64,000 nucleotides of DNA from Spirochaetia bacterium (GTDB taxonomy: Bacteria > Spirochaetota > Spirochaetia > DSM-2461). Under the pieces are notes generated by a model. That model did not search any database, was not told the DNA's origin, and was given only the letters and a program-made list of their open reading frames with translations. Below are positions 37,622 through 48,685 of this stretch, in pieces. The stretch's first letter is position 1. Every line of letters starts with the position of its first letter. The position numbers and the translations under genes are program-made. The stretch spans positions 672,001 through 736,000 of the forward strand of contig OY764216.1 of NCBI GenBank assembly GCA_963668315.1. The letters are read 5' to 3'.

Positions 37622-38248
37622 CTATTCCTGTTCGCTCTGAATTCTGAGGAAGTAATCATACGCACCGGCCAGCCAGGGATGAACAACGGCCAGTTTCCCT
37701 TTGTTATCCATCATATATTTGATCATGGCAAAGGCTCCCTTCTCCAGAGAGAGCTCCATACTCTCCTCAAGAAGAGTCAGATAGGGAGGATCCCCCGGCT
37801 GATCCCATGAGATCTTATCCGCCAGAAAGATTATCATATCCAGCCTCGTCGGATTCTGCCACAGGGTCGTATGGCAGGTAATCGCATCAAGTATCTCCTT
37901 ATCATCCACCCCCAGATAAAGGGAAGCGAACTTCCTGGATAAACGCTGATGAATGATCATGGGAAACTCTTTCTCTTCTTCAAAGAGACCGATACCCAGC
38001 GATTCGGCGGCTTCCACCCTCTTATCATTGGGGATTATGACGCTGATATCATGAAGCACCCCGGCGGTTTCGGCCTTTTCCGGATCTTCACCGAACCGCT
38101 CAGCCAGCTCAATGGCTTTCTTGGTCACCTGCGATGAGTGTTTGGCGGTCTGACGCATATTATGGGTTAGAAAGAGATTTATACAGTTCTCATATACGGA
38201 AAGATTATGATCTATAAAAGAGGGAATCTCCGTCAGAATTCTTAACAT
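37622..38248 (-). CDS. yqeK: YqeK-like HD-domain phosphohydrolase (Ap4A hydrolase family)
   Basis: HS..V, AGVLHD, IIHQRLS, AITCHTT, IFLADKI; TGA-TAAAAT-6 nt-ATG (leaderless). Confidence 0.8.
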   Translation of the reverse strand: MLRILTEIPSFIDHNLSVYENCINLFLTHNMRQTAKHSSQVTKKAIELAERFGEDPEKAETAGVLHDISVIIPNDKRVEAAESLGIGLFEEEKEFPMIIHQRLSRKFASLYLGVDDKEILDAITCHTTLWQNPTRLDMIIFLADKISWDQPGDPPYLTLLEESMELSLEKGAFAMIKYMMDNKGKLAVVHPWLAGAYDYFLRIQSEQE

Positions 38249-38364
38249 GCTACTATTTTATCACATAGAAGTGCTTCGGATGCAAAAAAACACAGGAAAA
38301 TCCCGATTTTTCTTGAAACATGAACAGTCTGTCCCTAAAGTTAACTATTATAGGAGTTTATTTT

Positions 38365-40446
38365 ATGGCCTTACAACCAATTATTGAGGTGGATGGGGAG
38401 AAATGCGTCAATTGTCATCAATGTATCGCTGTCTGCCCCGTCAAGTACTGCCAGGACGGCAGCGGGGATTCGGTAATGATACTGCATGAGACATGCATAG
38501 GCTGCGGAAACTGTATTTCGGCCTGTACACACCAGGCCAGAAGGCGAATAGACGACTGGCAACAATTCGCCGAGAGCTGCCGCAAAGGGGAGAAAATTGT
38601 GGCCATAGTAGCCCCCTCCGCCGCCGCCAGTTTTGAGGGCAGCCTTGAAAACCTTAACGGCTATCTTAAATCCATGGGTGTCCGCGCGGTGTTCGATGTC
38701 AGTTTCGGGGCGGAACTGACGGTAACCTCCTATCTCGATTATCTGAAAAAGAACAACCCTCCCCTCCTGATCGCCCAGCCCTGCCCTGCCATCGTCAATT
38801 ATATCGAACTCCTTCTGCCGGAACTGATCCCCTACCTGGCCCCTGCCGACAGCCCCATGCTCCATACGATGAAAATGATCCGAGAGTTTTATCCCCGGTA
38901 CGAAGATCATAAAATAGCGGCCATCTCTCCCTGCCTTGCCAAAAAAAGAGAGTTCGAATCCACCGGGATAGGCGATTATAATGTCAGTTTTTCCAGCCTG
39001 GAAGAGAGTATTGGAAAAAGCGGACGCCCCCTCTCTTCCTATCCGGCTGTCCCCTATGATTCCCCGGAGCCGGAGCGGGCTGTACTTTTCTCTTCTCCGG
39101 GCGGGTTAATGGCTACCATAGAGAGGGAAATGCCCGAGGCTCTTCCTTCCATCAGAAAAATCGAAGGGACCCATACGATTTACGACTATCTCAAATCCCT
39201 GCCCCTGGCGCTGAAGAATAATAAAAACCCCCTCGTCGTGGACTGCCTCAATTGTGAAAAGGGGTGCAACGGCGGAACGGGGACAAATCACCGCTCCACC
39301 CCTGTGGACATACTGGAGTCGGCCGTTTCGGAAAGGGCGGCTGCCGCCCGGAAAAAATACTCCTCCGGAACAAGCAACCAGACAGCATCGCGGAGGCTGG
39401 GAAAGGTAACGGACAAATACTGGAAGGACGGCCTCTATGAGCGGCGGTACAAAGACAGATCCGCCTACTCGTCCTGGAAGATTCCCGATGAAAAGGAGAC
39501 ATGGGCCATTTTCAACAGAATGCTCAAATTCTCCGAAGAGGATATCTACAACTGTTCCTCCTGCGGATACGGCAGCTGTGAAGGCATGGCCAAGGCGATT
39601 CATAACGGATTGAACAAACCGGAAAACTGTCACTACTACGAAGTGGCCCTGGTTAAGAAAGCCCATAGCAGACTGGATACGATCTCTTCCAGGCTTCACA
39701 GCCAGATCAATAACTGCGCCGATATTATGAAGCATGTGGAACAGCGGGTTGTGCAGATGAAGGAGAGTACCATAGAACAGGGATCGGCCATTGAGGAGTC
39801 CTCCGCATCGGTAGAAGAGATGCTGGCCTCCATCAAGAATATCGCCAAGCTCGTCAAACAGAGGCAGGAGATGATAATCAGCCTGCAGGAGGGGACACAG
39901 AACGGCGCCTCGGCCCTTGAAAGAACCGTCTCATCGGTGGGCAAAGTGAACGAAAGCGTCGACCGCATTCTGGAGGTAAACAGAACGATTGATAATGTCG
40001 CCGCCAACACAAACCTTCTTGCCATGAATGCCGCCATAGAAGCGGCCCACGCGGGGGAAAAGGGGAAAGGCTTTGCCGTGGTGGCCCAGGAGATTCGCAA
40101 GCTGGCGGAGGAAACGGCCGATAACGCCCGCATCATATCCTATGACCTGAATAAAGTGGCCCAGGACGTCCGGGATACGAAAGACCTCTCTCTGGTATCC
40201 CATCAGGATATGAATCAGGTCGTATCCCGGCTGACGGGAGTGGCGGACGGCTTCCAGGAACTGTCCACGGCCATGGATGAGATGAGCCAGGGCACCGACT
40301 TGATTCAGGAAGCTCTGGGAATTATGTTGCATACCAGCAAACATGTGGATACAATCGGTAACGGCGTAGCCGAATTAATTGAAAAAATGTCTCTGGCGTA
40401 TGAAGAACTTCACAGTATCTCCGTGGAAGCCCGGGGAATTCTCTGA
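38365..40446 (+). CDS. Soluble chemoreceptor fused to a sensory-type [FeFe]-hydrogenase domain
   Basis: Two CxxCxxCxxxC motifs; H-cluster-like [26 protein letters not shown]; Cx2Cx4Cx16C; MCP hairpin [33 protein letters not shown] before ATG 38365. Confidence 0.9.
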   Translation: MALQPIIEVDGEKCVNCHQCIAVCPVKYCQDGSGDSVMILHETCIGCGNCISACTHQARRRIDDWQQFAESCRKGEKIVAIVAPSAAASFEGSLENLNGYLKSMGVRAVFDVSFGAELTVTSYLDYLKKNNPPLLIAQPCPAIVNYIELLLPELIPYLAPADSPMLHTMKMIREFYPRYEDHKIAAISPCLAKKREFESTGIGDYNVSFSSLEESIGKSGRPLSSYPAVPYDSPEPERAVLFSSPGGLMATIEREMPEALPSIRKIEGTHTIYDYLKSLPLALKNNKNPLVVDCLNCEKGCNGGTGTNHRSTPVDILESAVSERAAAARKKYSSGTSNQTASRRLGKVTDKYWKDGLYERRYKDRSAYSSWKIPDEKETWAIFNRMLKFSEEDIYNCSSCGYGSCEGMAKAIHNGLNKPENCHYYEVALVKKAHSRLDTISSRLHSQINNCADIMKHVEQRVVQMKESTIEQGSAIEESSASVEEMLASIKNIAKLVKQRQEMIISLQEGTQNGASALERTVSSVGKVNESVDRILEVNRTIDNVAANTNLLAMNAAIEAAHAGEKGKGFAVVAQEIRKLAEETADNARIISYDLNKVAQDVRDTKDLSLVSHQDMNQVVSRLTGVADGFQELSTAMDEMSQGTDLIQEALGIMLHTSKHVDTIGNGVAELIEKMSLAYEELHSISVEARGIL

Positions 40447-40467
40447 AAAGGAATAAGGTTTTAGAAT

Positions 40468-41271
40468 ATGAAGCACAATAGTCACTCCATCGTATATCTC
40501 TCCCACGGGGGAGGTCCCATGCCTCTTTTAAACGAGCCGTCCCATCTCAAGATGATCGATTTTATGAAAGCCCTCCCCTCCCGCATTGAAGAGCCGGAGG
40601 AAATTCTCGTCATCAGCGCCCATTGGGAGGAAAACGTACCCACCGTAATATCCGGGAAGACCCCTCCCCTTCTTTACGATTATTACGGATTTCCCGAAGA
40701 GACCTATAATCTCAGTTACGGGATTACCGGTCACCCTTCCCTGGCCCGGGATATTACGGATATCCTTGATAAGGCGGATATCAAATCAGCCTCCACCTCC
40801 CAACGGGGCTTTGACCACGGCGTATTTATTCCCCTGATGATGATGTTTCCCCAGGGAGGAGTTCCCGTGACGCAGCTCTCCCTGGTCAACAGCCTTGATC
40901 CCCGGGAGCATCTTGAACTGGGAAAGGCCCTCAGACCCCTTCTGGATAGAAACATTCTCATCATCGGATCGGGTTTTTCCTTCCACAACATGGGAGCCTT
41001 CCGCTGGGATACCACACGTGAGGCTGATTCCTCCAACGATGCATTCCAGGACTGGCTGGTGGATACTTGTGTAGACTCCTATTCGCCTGAAGAAAGCGAA
41101 AAGAGACTGAACGACTGGTCCAAGTCAGGCCCCCATGCCCGGTACTGTCATCCCAGGGAAGAGCATCTTCTGCCCCTGCATATCTGTTCCGCCCTGGCCG
41201 GAGCCAAAGCGGAATTATGCTTTGATGATTATATCCTGGGGAAAAGGGCCACGGCTTTCCTCTGGCAATAA
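40468..41271 (+). CDS. DODA/YgiD-type extradiol ring-cleavage dioxygenase (LigB family)
   Basis: LSHGGGP, ISAHWE, YDYYGFP, RGFDHG, GSGFSFHN, HPREEHLLPL. Confidence 0.92.
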   Translation: MKHNSHSIVYLSHGGGPMPLLNEPSHLKMIDFMKALPSRIEEPEEILVISAHWEENVPTVISGKTPPLLYDYYGFPEETYNLSYGITGHPSLARDITDILDKADIKSASTSQRGFDHGVFIPLMMMFPQGGVPVTQLSLVNSLDPREHLELGKALRPLLDRNILIIGSGFSFHNMGAFRWDTTREADSSNDAFQDWLVDTCVDSYSPEESEKRLNDWSKSGPHARYCHPREEHLLPLHICSALAGAKAELCFDDYILGKRATAFLWQ

Positions 41272-41275
41272 ATCC

Positions 41276-43576
41276 CTAAGACCGGGAATTGATCTTTCTC
41301 AAAAGCTCTGCCACCTGTTCCTCGTACATTTTTTTCCCTGCGAACAGGTGGATGGAGCGTAGGGGCAGTTCCTTGAAGAGTGTCAGGGCAAACTGCTTTT
41401 TCATGCCCCCCTTCGCCTCCATCTCATCAAAGACTTCATCCAAGAGAACCTTACCTTTCTTATTATCGTACACTTCCTGAACGGAAGAGTTTCTGGTGTA
41501 GATCAGGGGTTTTCTGTTTTCCGATTTAAGCGTTACCGTCTCTGCAAGATGAAGCGATTTTGACGAGCTTCCCGCCAGAATCTCATATTCCCCGTCGGCG
41601 ACATACCAGTCGGCGATTTCCGGGTCATAATAGGCAAAGGCTCTTTTATCCAGAGAGAAAACCGCTTCCCCCCTTTCTCCGGAAGAGAGAGTGATTTTCT
41701 CAAAACCCTTGAGTTCCTTGTCCGGTCTCTGTACGGGCGCATTCTTTGGCCGGACATATAGCTGTACCGTCTCTTTTCCCGCCCTTTTCCCGCTGTTTCT
41801 AATCTTCACCCTTACCTGCAGGGTATCCTTATCGGAAAGGACCTTTTTATCGGTCTCCATGCTTTCGTAGGTAAAGTCCGTATAACTCAATCCGAAACCA
41901 AAGGGAAAAAGCGTCTCCCTCGCTGCCGCATCATAATAACGGTATCCCACATAAAGCCCTTCTCTGTAATCAACCATATTGCCGTCCCCGGGAAAGAAAA
42001 GATAGGAGGGATTGTCCTCAACTCTCAGGGGATAGGTCTCCGCCAGTTTTCCCGAGGGATTGACTTCTCCGAACAGAACATCGGCGATAGCCCCGCCGAA
42101 AGCCTGCCCGCCAAGGTATCCTTCCACTACGGCTTTCACGCTGCTTAGCCAGGGCATCTCTATGGGCGACCCGTTACTCAGCACAACAATCGTATTGGGC
42201 TGAACAGAAGCGACGGCTTTTATCAGTTCTTCATGGCCCGCGGGAATGGATATATGTTTTCTGTCATATCCTTCCGATTCATAGGGCTCGGGAAGTCCTG
42301 TAAAGATGACAGCGGCAGCGGCTTTTTTCGCCGTCTCGCAGGCGGCTTCAATCAGGGCGGTATCCGGTTCATCGCTGACGGAATTAAACCTTCTGTGGGA
42401 ATATCTGTCCACAATCCTGTCTACCGGGTAACCCTCCTGATACTCGACTTTCATGCTCCTTCCGCCGGCTATTTTTTTGATTTCATCCAGAGGCAGATCG
42501 ATTGTCGTCGGATTCACGTGGGAGCTTCCTCCTCCCTGATAACGTGGATATGTGGCAAAGCCACCGATCACTGCGAGGGAGTCGTTTTTTTCCAGAGGAA
42601 GGATCTCTCCTTCGTTTTTCAGGAGGACCATGCACTGAGCCGCTGTCTTCCGGGCGAAGGCATGATGTTCTTTCTCATCAAAGGGAACTCCCTCTTTTCT
42701 GTTATCTACGGCCTTTTTAATTATCCCCAGAAACCGCAGAACAACTTTATCCAGAACCTTCTCGTCCAGTTCACCCGATTGTACGGCCTTAACGATAAGC
42801 TTATCCCGGTCGCCTTCACAGGCGGGCATTTCCAGTTCAAGCCCGGCTTTCACTCCCTCCACTCTGTCATTTACCGCACCCCAGTCGGAAACGACAAATC
42901 CTTCGAAGCCCCATTCATCCCGGAGAATTTTCGTTAACAGCCTGCGGTTTTCCGAACAGAAAGCCCCGTTGATCTTATTGTAAGCGCACATGACCGTCCA
43001 GGGCTGCGCCTTTTTTATGACCCCCTCAAAGCTGGCCAGATAAATTTCCCGCAGGGTTCTTTCATCGATAAGGGTATCGGTTATAAGTCTTCTGAACTCC
43101 TGATTATTAGCCGCGAAATGTTTAAGCGATGTTCCTATCCCTTCCCCTTGAACTCCCCGCACATGGGAGGCGGCCATTTCGGAGGACAGATAGGGATCTT
43201 CGGAAAAATATTCAAAATTCCTGCCGCACAGGGGAGATCTTTTTATGTTCGTTCCCGGACCCAGAATAATGTCAATATTCTGGGCCTGGCATTCCTTTCC
43301 CAGATGGGAGCCTACCTGCTGAACAAGGTCCCGGTCCCAGGAACAGGCCAGGGCCGAAGCGGCGGGGTAACAAGTGGCCGGGACGCTGCCCGAGAGAGCG
43401 ATATGATCGGGATCCTGCTCCTGTTTTCTCAATCCATGGGGGCCGTCGGCCATCATAATCGACGGAATCCCGAGACGTTCAACAGGTTTGGTCTCCCAAT
43501 GGTTTAGACCGGAACAAAGACTGGCTTTCTCTTCAAGAGTCAGTTTTTTGACAATTTCCTCCAGGTTATTCTCCAT
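41276..43576 (-). CDS. GH3 beta-glucosidase with Fn3-like domain
   Basis: DGPHGLRK, CGRNFEYFSED, KHFAANNQE, VVSDW, ESEGYDR, GYRYY, KELKGFEK. Confidence 0.95.
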   Translation of the reverse strand: MENNLEEIVKKLTLEEKASLCSGLNHWETKPVERLGIPSIMMADGPHGLRKQEQDPDHIALSGSVPATCYPAASALACSWDRDLVQQVGSHLGKECQAQNIDIILGPGTNIKRSPLCGRNFEYFSEDPYLSSEMAASHVRGVQGEGIGTSLKHFAANNQEFRRLITDTLIDERTLREIYLASFEGVIKKAQPWTVMCAYNKINGAFCSENRRLLTKILRDEWGFEGFVVSDWGAVNDRVEGVKAGLELEMPACEGDRDKLIVKAVQSGELDEKVLDKVVLRFLGIIKKAVDNRKEGVPFDEKEHHAFARKTAAQCMVLLKNEGEILPLEKNDSLAVIGGFATYPRYQGGGSSHVNPTTIDLPLDEIKKIAGGRSMKVEYQEGYPVDRIVDRYSHRRFNSVSDEPDTALIEAACETAKKAAAAVIFTGLPEPYESEGYDRKHISIPAGHEELIKAVASVQPNTIVVLSNGSPIEMPWLSSVKAVVEGYLGGQAFGGAIADVLFGEVNPSGKLAETYPLRVEDNPSYLFFPGDGNMVDYREGLYVGYRYYDAAARETLFPFGFGLSYTDFTYESMETDKKVLSDKDTLQVRVKIRNSGKRAGKETVQLYVRPKNAPVQRPDKELKGFEKITLSSGERGEAVFSLDKRAFAYYDPEIADWYVADGEYEILAGSSSKSLHLAETVTLKSENRKPLIYTRNSSVQEVYDNKKGKVLLDEVFDEMEAKGGMKKQFALTLFKELPLRSIHLFAGKKMYEEQVAELLRKINSRS

Positions 43577-43591
43577 AATAAAACTCCTTCC

Positions 43592-44797
43592 TTAATCTTC
43601 CAATTTTGATGTTATCAGGGTAAAAAGAAAAATCGACGAAAATACAATTACGCTGCAGGCGGTGAAGACATGCAGGAAACTTGTTCTCTCAAGCAGCAAG
43701 CCGAATCCCATGGACCCCGAGGCAAACCCCGTGTCCAGGGCCAGAAAATACACCGCCCCCGCCAATCCCTTCCTGTGGGACGGCAATGCCTTGATCTGCA
43801 TGAAATTCAAAAGAGGCTGCACCATAGCGAAGGCCGAGCCATACAGCACAGCTGAGGCAAGAACGGGAAAAATGGAGTGGGAATAGGCCAGGATCATAAA
43901 GGCCGAACATTGGAAAACAACAGCCGTTGCATAAAGCCTGAATGGTTTCAGCCTGTCCAGAAAATTCGACCCGAAGACCCTTACGCTTACGATGGACAGG
44001 GCGTAGAAAGAGAAGAAAAGTGAAATATTCGTCAGATTTCTCTCAATTCCCAGGACAGGCACATAGGTAAGAATCAGCCCCAGGGAAAAGCCCAGAAAAA
44101 CGATGAGTATGACCGGTGCGAACATGCCTGCCCTGAGCGGTTTTGCTTCTTCCGTCCCCCTATCTCCGGACTCCCGGATTACCACGGCTCCCTTCAGCAC
44201 GATATACATTCCCATGAAGACGATGATGCTCCCCATAATGATATTACCGAGGAAAAGATGGGTATAGGTTCCGAACTGAAGAATCCCCATCCCCAATGCC
44301 GGTCCGACAGCCGAGGCCAGCGTCCCGAACACGGCATAATAGCCTATTCCCGCTTTCAGTCTGGACTCATGGGTGATATCCACGATAAGGGTGATAATAG
44401 CCGTAGAGACAAGACTGAAGGCAACTCCGTTAACGGCTCTCAGCAGATATACCTGTTCAAGCGAATTGGCGGTCAGGAACAGCAATAAACTCAGGAAAAG
44501 TAAAAAACTGCCCATGATCAGAACTTTCATCCGGCCTATACGATCAAGAAGGATACCGGCGACCGGCCTTGTCGCCAGGGCGGAAAAGGAGAAAAACCCC
44601 ATGGAAACGCCTACGGAAGCCTTGCTTCCTCCCAGTCCCAATATATATTCGGGTAATGTGGCCACCTGTATGAAATTCGTACAGCCGATAAGGAAATTGA
44701 GGATGAGGAACCTGGTATAGTCCGCCGTCCACAGCCGGTTGAGGGGGATTCCCGATTCATCCTTTTCCGGAAGGCAGATGTTACGGCTTCCCGCCAT
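43592..44797 (-). CDS. MFS transporter
   Basis: About 12 TM; motif A GILLDRIGR; AVGPALG. Confidence 0.9.
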   Translation of the reverse strand: MAGSRNICLPEKDESGIPLNRLWTADYTRFLILNFLIGCTNFIQVATLPEYILGLGGSKASVGVSMGFFSFSALATRPVAGILLDRIGRMKVLIMGSFLLFLSLLLFLTANSLEQVYLLRAVNGVAFSLVSTAIITLIVDITHESRLKAGIGYYAVFGTLASAVGPALGMGILQFGTYTHLFLGNIIMGSIIVFMGMYIVLKGAVVIRESGDRGTEEAKPLRAGMFAPVILIVFLGFSLGLILTYVPVLGIERNLTNISLFFSFYALSIVSVRVFGSNFLDRLKPFRLYATAVVFQCSAFMILAYSHSIFPVLASAVLYGSAFAMVQPLLNFMQIKALPSHRKGLAGAVYFLALDTGFASGSMGFGLLLERTSFLHVFTACSVIVFSSIFLFTLITSKLED

Positions 44798-44856
44798 TAT
44801 TACACCTGTTGTATATCATATGTACCATAATAATCCGATCCTTTAAGCCATTTTAC

Positions 44857-45501
44857 CTATTTCTTAATACCATCCAGAAGAACTCGATGATATTTCTCCG
44901 TGATAATCCCCAGATTCTCCAGGGGGATATCAACCAGGATTTTTCCTCTTAGTATCATCCGCTGCTGAAAACTCCGTATCCCGTTGCCCAGGATTTCCTG
45001 AATAAGCTCCACATCCATATCGGTCCGGATCGTACCGTCCGCCTGGCCCTCTTGAATATATCGCCTGAGAAGCTTATCCAATACGGGCACCATGGCTTTT
45101 TCCATGACGGTTCGGAAACCTTCCGGGATACGTGATCCCGAATAATAGGCGTCAAATTCCGCCAGAAAGCGGTAGGAATCGTCATATTGGCTGTTCATCC
45201 ACCGCTCTTTCAGAAGATAACCGACACGGGATATTCCATCGGGAAGCTGATCTGCCTGAGGCCGGATATAGCTGTCATCCCCTATCTGCTCCAATCTTTT
45301 TACGACGATGGTCAGGGATAATTCAAGCTTGTCTCTGAAGTAGCGATAGAGAGATGTGCGGCTTAATCCGGTCCCCTTGGCAATACTGCTCATCGTGGTT
45401 TCGAATAAGCCTTTTTCAATAAATCTCTTTTCAGCATACTCCAGGATTTTATCTCGAGTCTCATCAATCTGGTAGATCATTCTTTCCGTTTTATATTCCA
45501 T
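44857..45501 (-). CDS. TetR/AcrR family regulator
   Basis: TTMSSIAKGTGLSRTSLYRYFRDK; TTGTCT-17-TAGAAT-7 nt-ATG (leaderless). Confidence 0.92.
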   Translation of the reverse strand: MEYKTERMIYQIDETRDKILEYAEKRFIEKGLFETTMSSIAKGTGLSRTSLYRYFRDKLELSLTIVVKRLEQIGDDSYIRPQADQLPDGISRVGYLLKERWMNSQYDDSYRFLAEFDAYYSGSRIPEGFRTVMEKAMVPVLDKLLRRYIQEGQADGTIRTDMDVELIQEILGNGIRSFQQRMILRGKILVDIPLENLGIITEKYHRVLLDGIKK

Positions 45502-45508
45502 GCCGGCT

Positions 45509-45529
45509 ATTCTATTGACTCAATTGAAT
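45509..45529. promoter_or_regulatory. Palindrome overlapping the TetR promoter (auto-operator candidate)
   Basis: ATTCtATTGA-C-TCAATtGAAT, 9 of 10 bp in the arms. Confidence 0.45.
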
Positions 45530-45557
45530 AAAGACAACAGTCTCCTTTATCATTTTT

Positions 45558-47837
45558 TTAACTCTCGTTTAACTTCTTGATAATCCCATTCAAATGATCA
45601 AAAGTGACTGATCCATCTCCGAAGCAGGCAAAATTTCTCAGGGGCATATAGCGGAACATCGCATCCCTCATTTCACTGGTAACTGCTTCCTCTGAAGCCC
45701 CGCCTTCATCATTTCCTCCCAGAAATGTTTTTTCCATCTGCCTTATGAGATCTTCCACTATCACGAATTTCTCCGGGTCATCCATAAGATCGCCGGCCAG
45801 GGTATTCATATCATATATCACGGGAATTTTTACCGTGCTTTCCACCGTGACGGCGGCTTCCGAACGTATATCCCGTGATGATGAACCTATCTGCAGTTTA
45901 TAGAGACCCGACTCCACATACCAGTCGTCAATCGCCTCATTGAAGTAGGCAAAGGATCTTTTATCCAGGGTAAAGCTGACGGTTTTCCCTTCACCCGGTT
46001 TTAGACAGATTTTCTCAAAGCCCTTCAGTTCTCTTACCGGTCTAATGGCTCCCCCTTCGGGCGGTGCCACGTACAGCTGAACCGCTTCCTTCCCGTAGCG
46101 GTTTCCCGTATTGGTTATTTCCAGGCTAACGGTTACGGTATCGCTGTCCTTAATCAGATCACGGCTTACCTTCGCGGGGCCGTAAGTAAAATCGGTATAA
46201 CTCAGACCGTGACCGAAGGGGAACAGAACGTCCATTTTCTTCTTGTCATAGTAGCGGTATCCGACGAATACACCTTCCCGGTATTCCACCCTGTCCTTCT
46301 CTCCCAGGTAGTAGAGAAAAGAGGGATTGTCTTCCATTTTAAGGGGAAATGTCTCTCCCAGTTTTCCGCTGGGGTTCACATCACCGAACAGGATATCCAC
46401 AACTGCCTCACCCACGGCCTGACCGCTCAGGTAGGCTTCAAGCACAGCGCTAACCTGGCTTAGCCAAGGCATCTCTACGGGGGATCCGTTATGAAGGACG
46501 ACAACGGTATTCTTCTGGACCCGGGCAACCGCTTCGATCAGGGAGTTATGACTTTCCGGCATGCCCATATGTGTCCTGTCATACCCCTCGCTTTCATAGC
46601 TGTCGGGCAATCCGGCAAAGATCACGGCGCAGTCAGCCTTTGCCGCCAGTGCCGCGGCTTCGTCAATCATCTTCTGATCCACACTGTCTTCCGTCAGGGA
46701 ATATCCGGGGGCGTAATCAATCTGAACGTTTCCGCCCAGCAGGGACCCGGCGGCCTCCAGGGCAGAACTCTGCTTGAAGGCATTGATGTGGGAACTTCCC
46801 CCTCCCTGGAACCGTGGCTGTTCGGCAAAAGCCCCCAGGAAGGTAATTTTCCCTTTTTTGGCGAGGGGCAGAATTCCCCCGTTTTTCAGAAGAACCATCG
46901 ATTCCCCCGCGACCTGCCGGGCTTTCCGATGCTGCTTCTCCCTGTCAAATACCGCTTGGGGGGGTTTCTTCTCGACATACATGAATACGATTCGGAGAAT
47001 TCTTTCCACGGCCTTGTCCAGAACAGCTTCGTCCAGGGTCCCGGCTTTTACGGCTTCGACAATTTTACCGTCGTTCAACCCGTGGGAAGAGGGCATCTCC
47101 AGATCAAGCCCGGCCTTGACTCCTTCAACCCGCTCGTTTACGGCCCCCCAGTCGGAAACGACAAAACCTTCAAATCCCCATTCATTCCTGAGTATTTCCG
47201 TGAGGAATCTATGGTTCTCGGCGGCGTAGGTTCCATTTATCCGATTGTAGGAGCACATAACCGTCCAGGGTTGGGCTTCCTTGACGGCCTTCTCAAAGGT
47301 GGGAAGATAAATCTCACGCAAGGTACGGTCATCAATCCGGGAATCGGAGGACATGCGCCGGTGCTCCTGGCTGTTGGCCAGATAGTGCTTGATGCTGGTT
47401 CCGACTCCCTGACTCTGAATACCCTTAATCTGGGAAGTAGCCATTTCGGCAGACAGATAAGGATCCTCTGAAAAATACTCAAAGTTCCTGCCGCACAGGG
47501 GAGATCTCTTGATATTGACAGCCGGTCCCAGGAGAACGCCCAGATTCTCTGCCTGACAGGCTTCTCCCAGGTACTCTCCCATTTCCCGGATAAGTTCTTT
47601 ATCAAAGGAGGAGCAGACGGTAACTCCCGTGGGGAAGCAGACGGCTTTTATACTTTCATTTATTCCTACATGGTCGGCCTGGTCGTCCTGTTTTCTCAAT
47701 CCGTGCGGTCCGTCGCTCACCATCATCTGGGGTACGCCCAATCTCTCGACTCCTTTCGTCTTCCAGAAATCGGCGCCCGAACACAGACCGGCCTTCTCTT
47801 CCAAGGTCATCTGCGAGATGATTTTCTTAATGTCCAT
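45558..47837 (-). CDS. GH3 beta-glucosidase with Fn3-like domain (second paralogue)
   Basis: Same motif set as 41276..43576. Confidence 0.95.
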   Translation of the reverse strand: MDIKKIISQMTLEEKAGLCSGADFWKTKGVERLGVPQMMVSDGPHGLRKQDDQADHVGINESIKAVCFPTGVTVCSSFDKELIREMGEYLGEACQAENLGVLLGPAVNIKRSPLCGRNFEYFSEDPYLSAEMATSQIKGIQSQGVGTSIKHYLANSQEHRRMSSDSRIDDRTLREIYLPTFEKAVKEAQPWTVMCSYNRINGTYAAENHRFLTEILRNEWGFEGFVVSDWGAVNERVEGVKAGLDLEMPSSHGLNDGKIVEAVKAGTLDEAVLDKAVERILRIVFMYVEKKPPQAVFDREKQHRKARQVAGESMVLLKNGGILPLAKKGKITFLGAFAEQPRFQGGGSSHINAFKQSSALEAAGSLLGGNVQIDYAPGYSLTEDSVDQKMIDEAAALAAKADCAVIFAGLPDSYESEGYDRTHMGMPESHNSLIEAVARVQKNTVVVLHNGSPVEMPWLSQVSAVLEAYLSGQAVGEAVVDILFGDVNPSGKLGETFPLKMEDNPSFLYYLGEKDRVEYREGVFVGYRYYDKKKMDVLFPFGHGLSYTDFTYGPAKVSRDLIKDSDTVTVSLEITNTGNRYGKEAVQLYVAPPEGGAIRPVRELKGFEKICLKPGEGKTVSFTLDKRSFAYFNEAIDDWYVESGLYKLQIGSSSRDIRSEAAVTVESTVKIPVIYDMNTLAGDLMDDPEKFVIVEDLIRQMEKTFLGGNDEGGASEEAVTSEMRDAMFRYMPLRNFACFGDGSVTFDHLNGIIKKLNES

Positions 47838-47878
47838 AAATCTCCATCCTTTTATTTTATACTATTACTTCCGCCCTC

Positions 47879-48685
47879 TCAGACGGTTGAAAGATCCCAT
47901 TCCTCATGAATTTTCGGAACGTCGCTGATAAGCCTTTTTGTGTATTCAGCCGTAGGCTTGAGAATAACTTTCTCCGCCGGACCGAATTCCACGATATTGC
48001 CCTTTTCCATGATATAAACCGTATCGGAGATATAATAGGCAAGGCCGATATCATGGGTAATGAATATTATCGTCATGCCTATCTCGTTTCTCAGGTTCTG
48101 CAGCATATCCAGGATAGTCGCCCGGGAACAGGCATCGATCATGGAAGTTGGCTCATCGGCCAGCAGGATTTTCGGCTTCAAAAGGAAAATCCGGGCAATC
48201 ATGAGCCTCTGCATCTGACCACCGGACAACTCAAAGGGATACTTGTTGGTCAGTTCTTCAAATTTCAGATTGACGAAACTGCATGCTTCCGTCATCATTT
48301 CCACTTTTTTCTCGTAGGGGAGGCTTTTTCCACCCCTCATCTTTATACAGTCCAGAAGAACCGCATCAATCTTATGAAACACATTATAGGAGGAAAAGGG
48401 ATCCTGAAAGATCGCCTGGATATCCTTCCAGTACTCTCTCTTCTTTTTTCTCCCCTTGATATCCCGGGGCTTGCCCAGAAAGGAGATCTCTCCTTCCGTC
48501 TCATTCAAAAGCCCCAGAAGCATTTTGGCCAGAGTCGTTTTACCGCTTCCCGATTCACCGACGATGGAGACAAATTCTCCTACGTGGAAATCGAAATCCA
48601 CATGGTTGACAGCAATGGTTTTTTTATCGCCCAGTCCGAAAACCTTAGTCACGTTTTTTCCGCTTAAGCAAAGTTCCTCTTTCAT
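47879..48685 (-). CDS. Opp/Dpp-type ABC ATPase (OppF-like)
   Basis: [22 protein letters not shown]. Confidence 0.93.
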   Translation of the reverse strand: MKEELCLSGKNVTKVFGLGDKKTIAVNHVDFDFHVGEFVSIVGESGSGKTTLAKMLLGLLNETEGEISFLGKPRDIKGRKKKREYWKDIQAIFQDPFSSYNVFHKIDAVLLDCIKMRGGKSLPYEKKVEMMTEACSFVNLKFEELTNKYPFELSGGQMQRLMIARIFLLKPKILLADEPTSMIDACSRATILDMLQNLRNEIGMTIIFITHDIGLAYYISDTVYIMEKGNIVEFGPAEKVILKPTAEYTKRLISDVPKIHEEWDLSTV

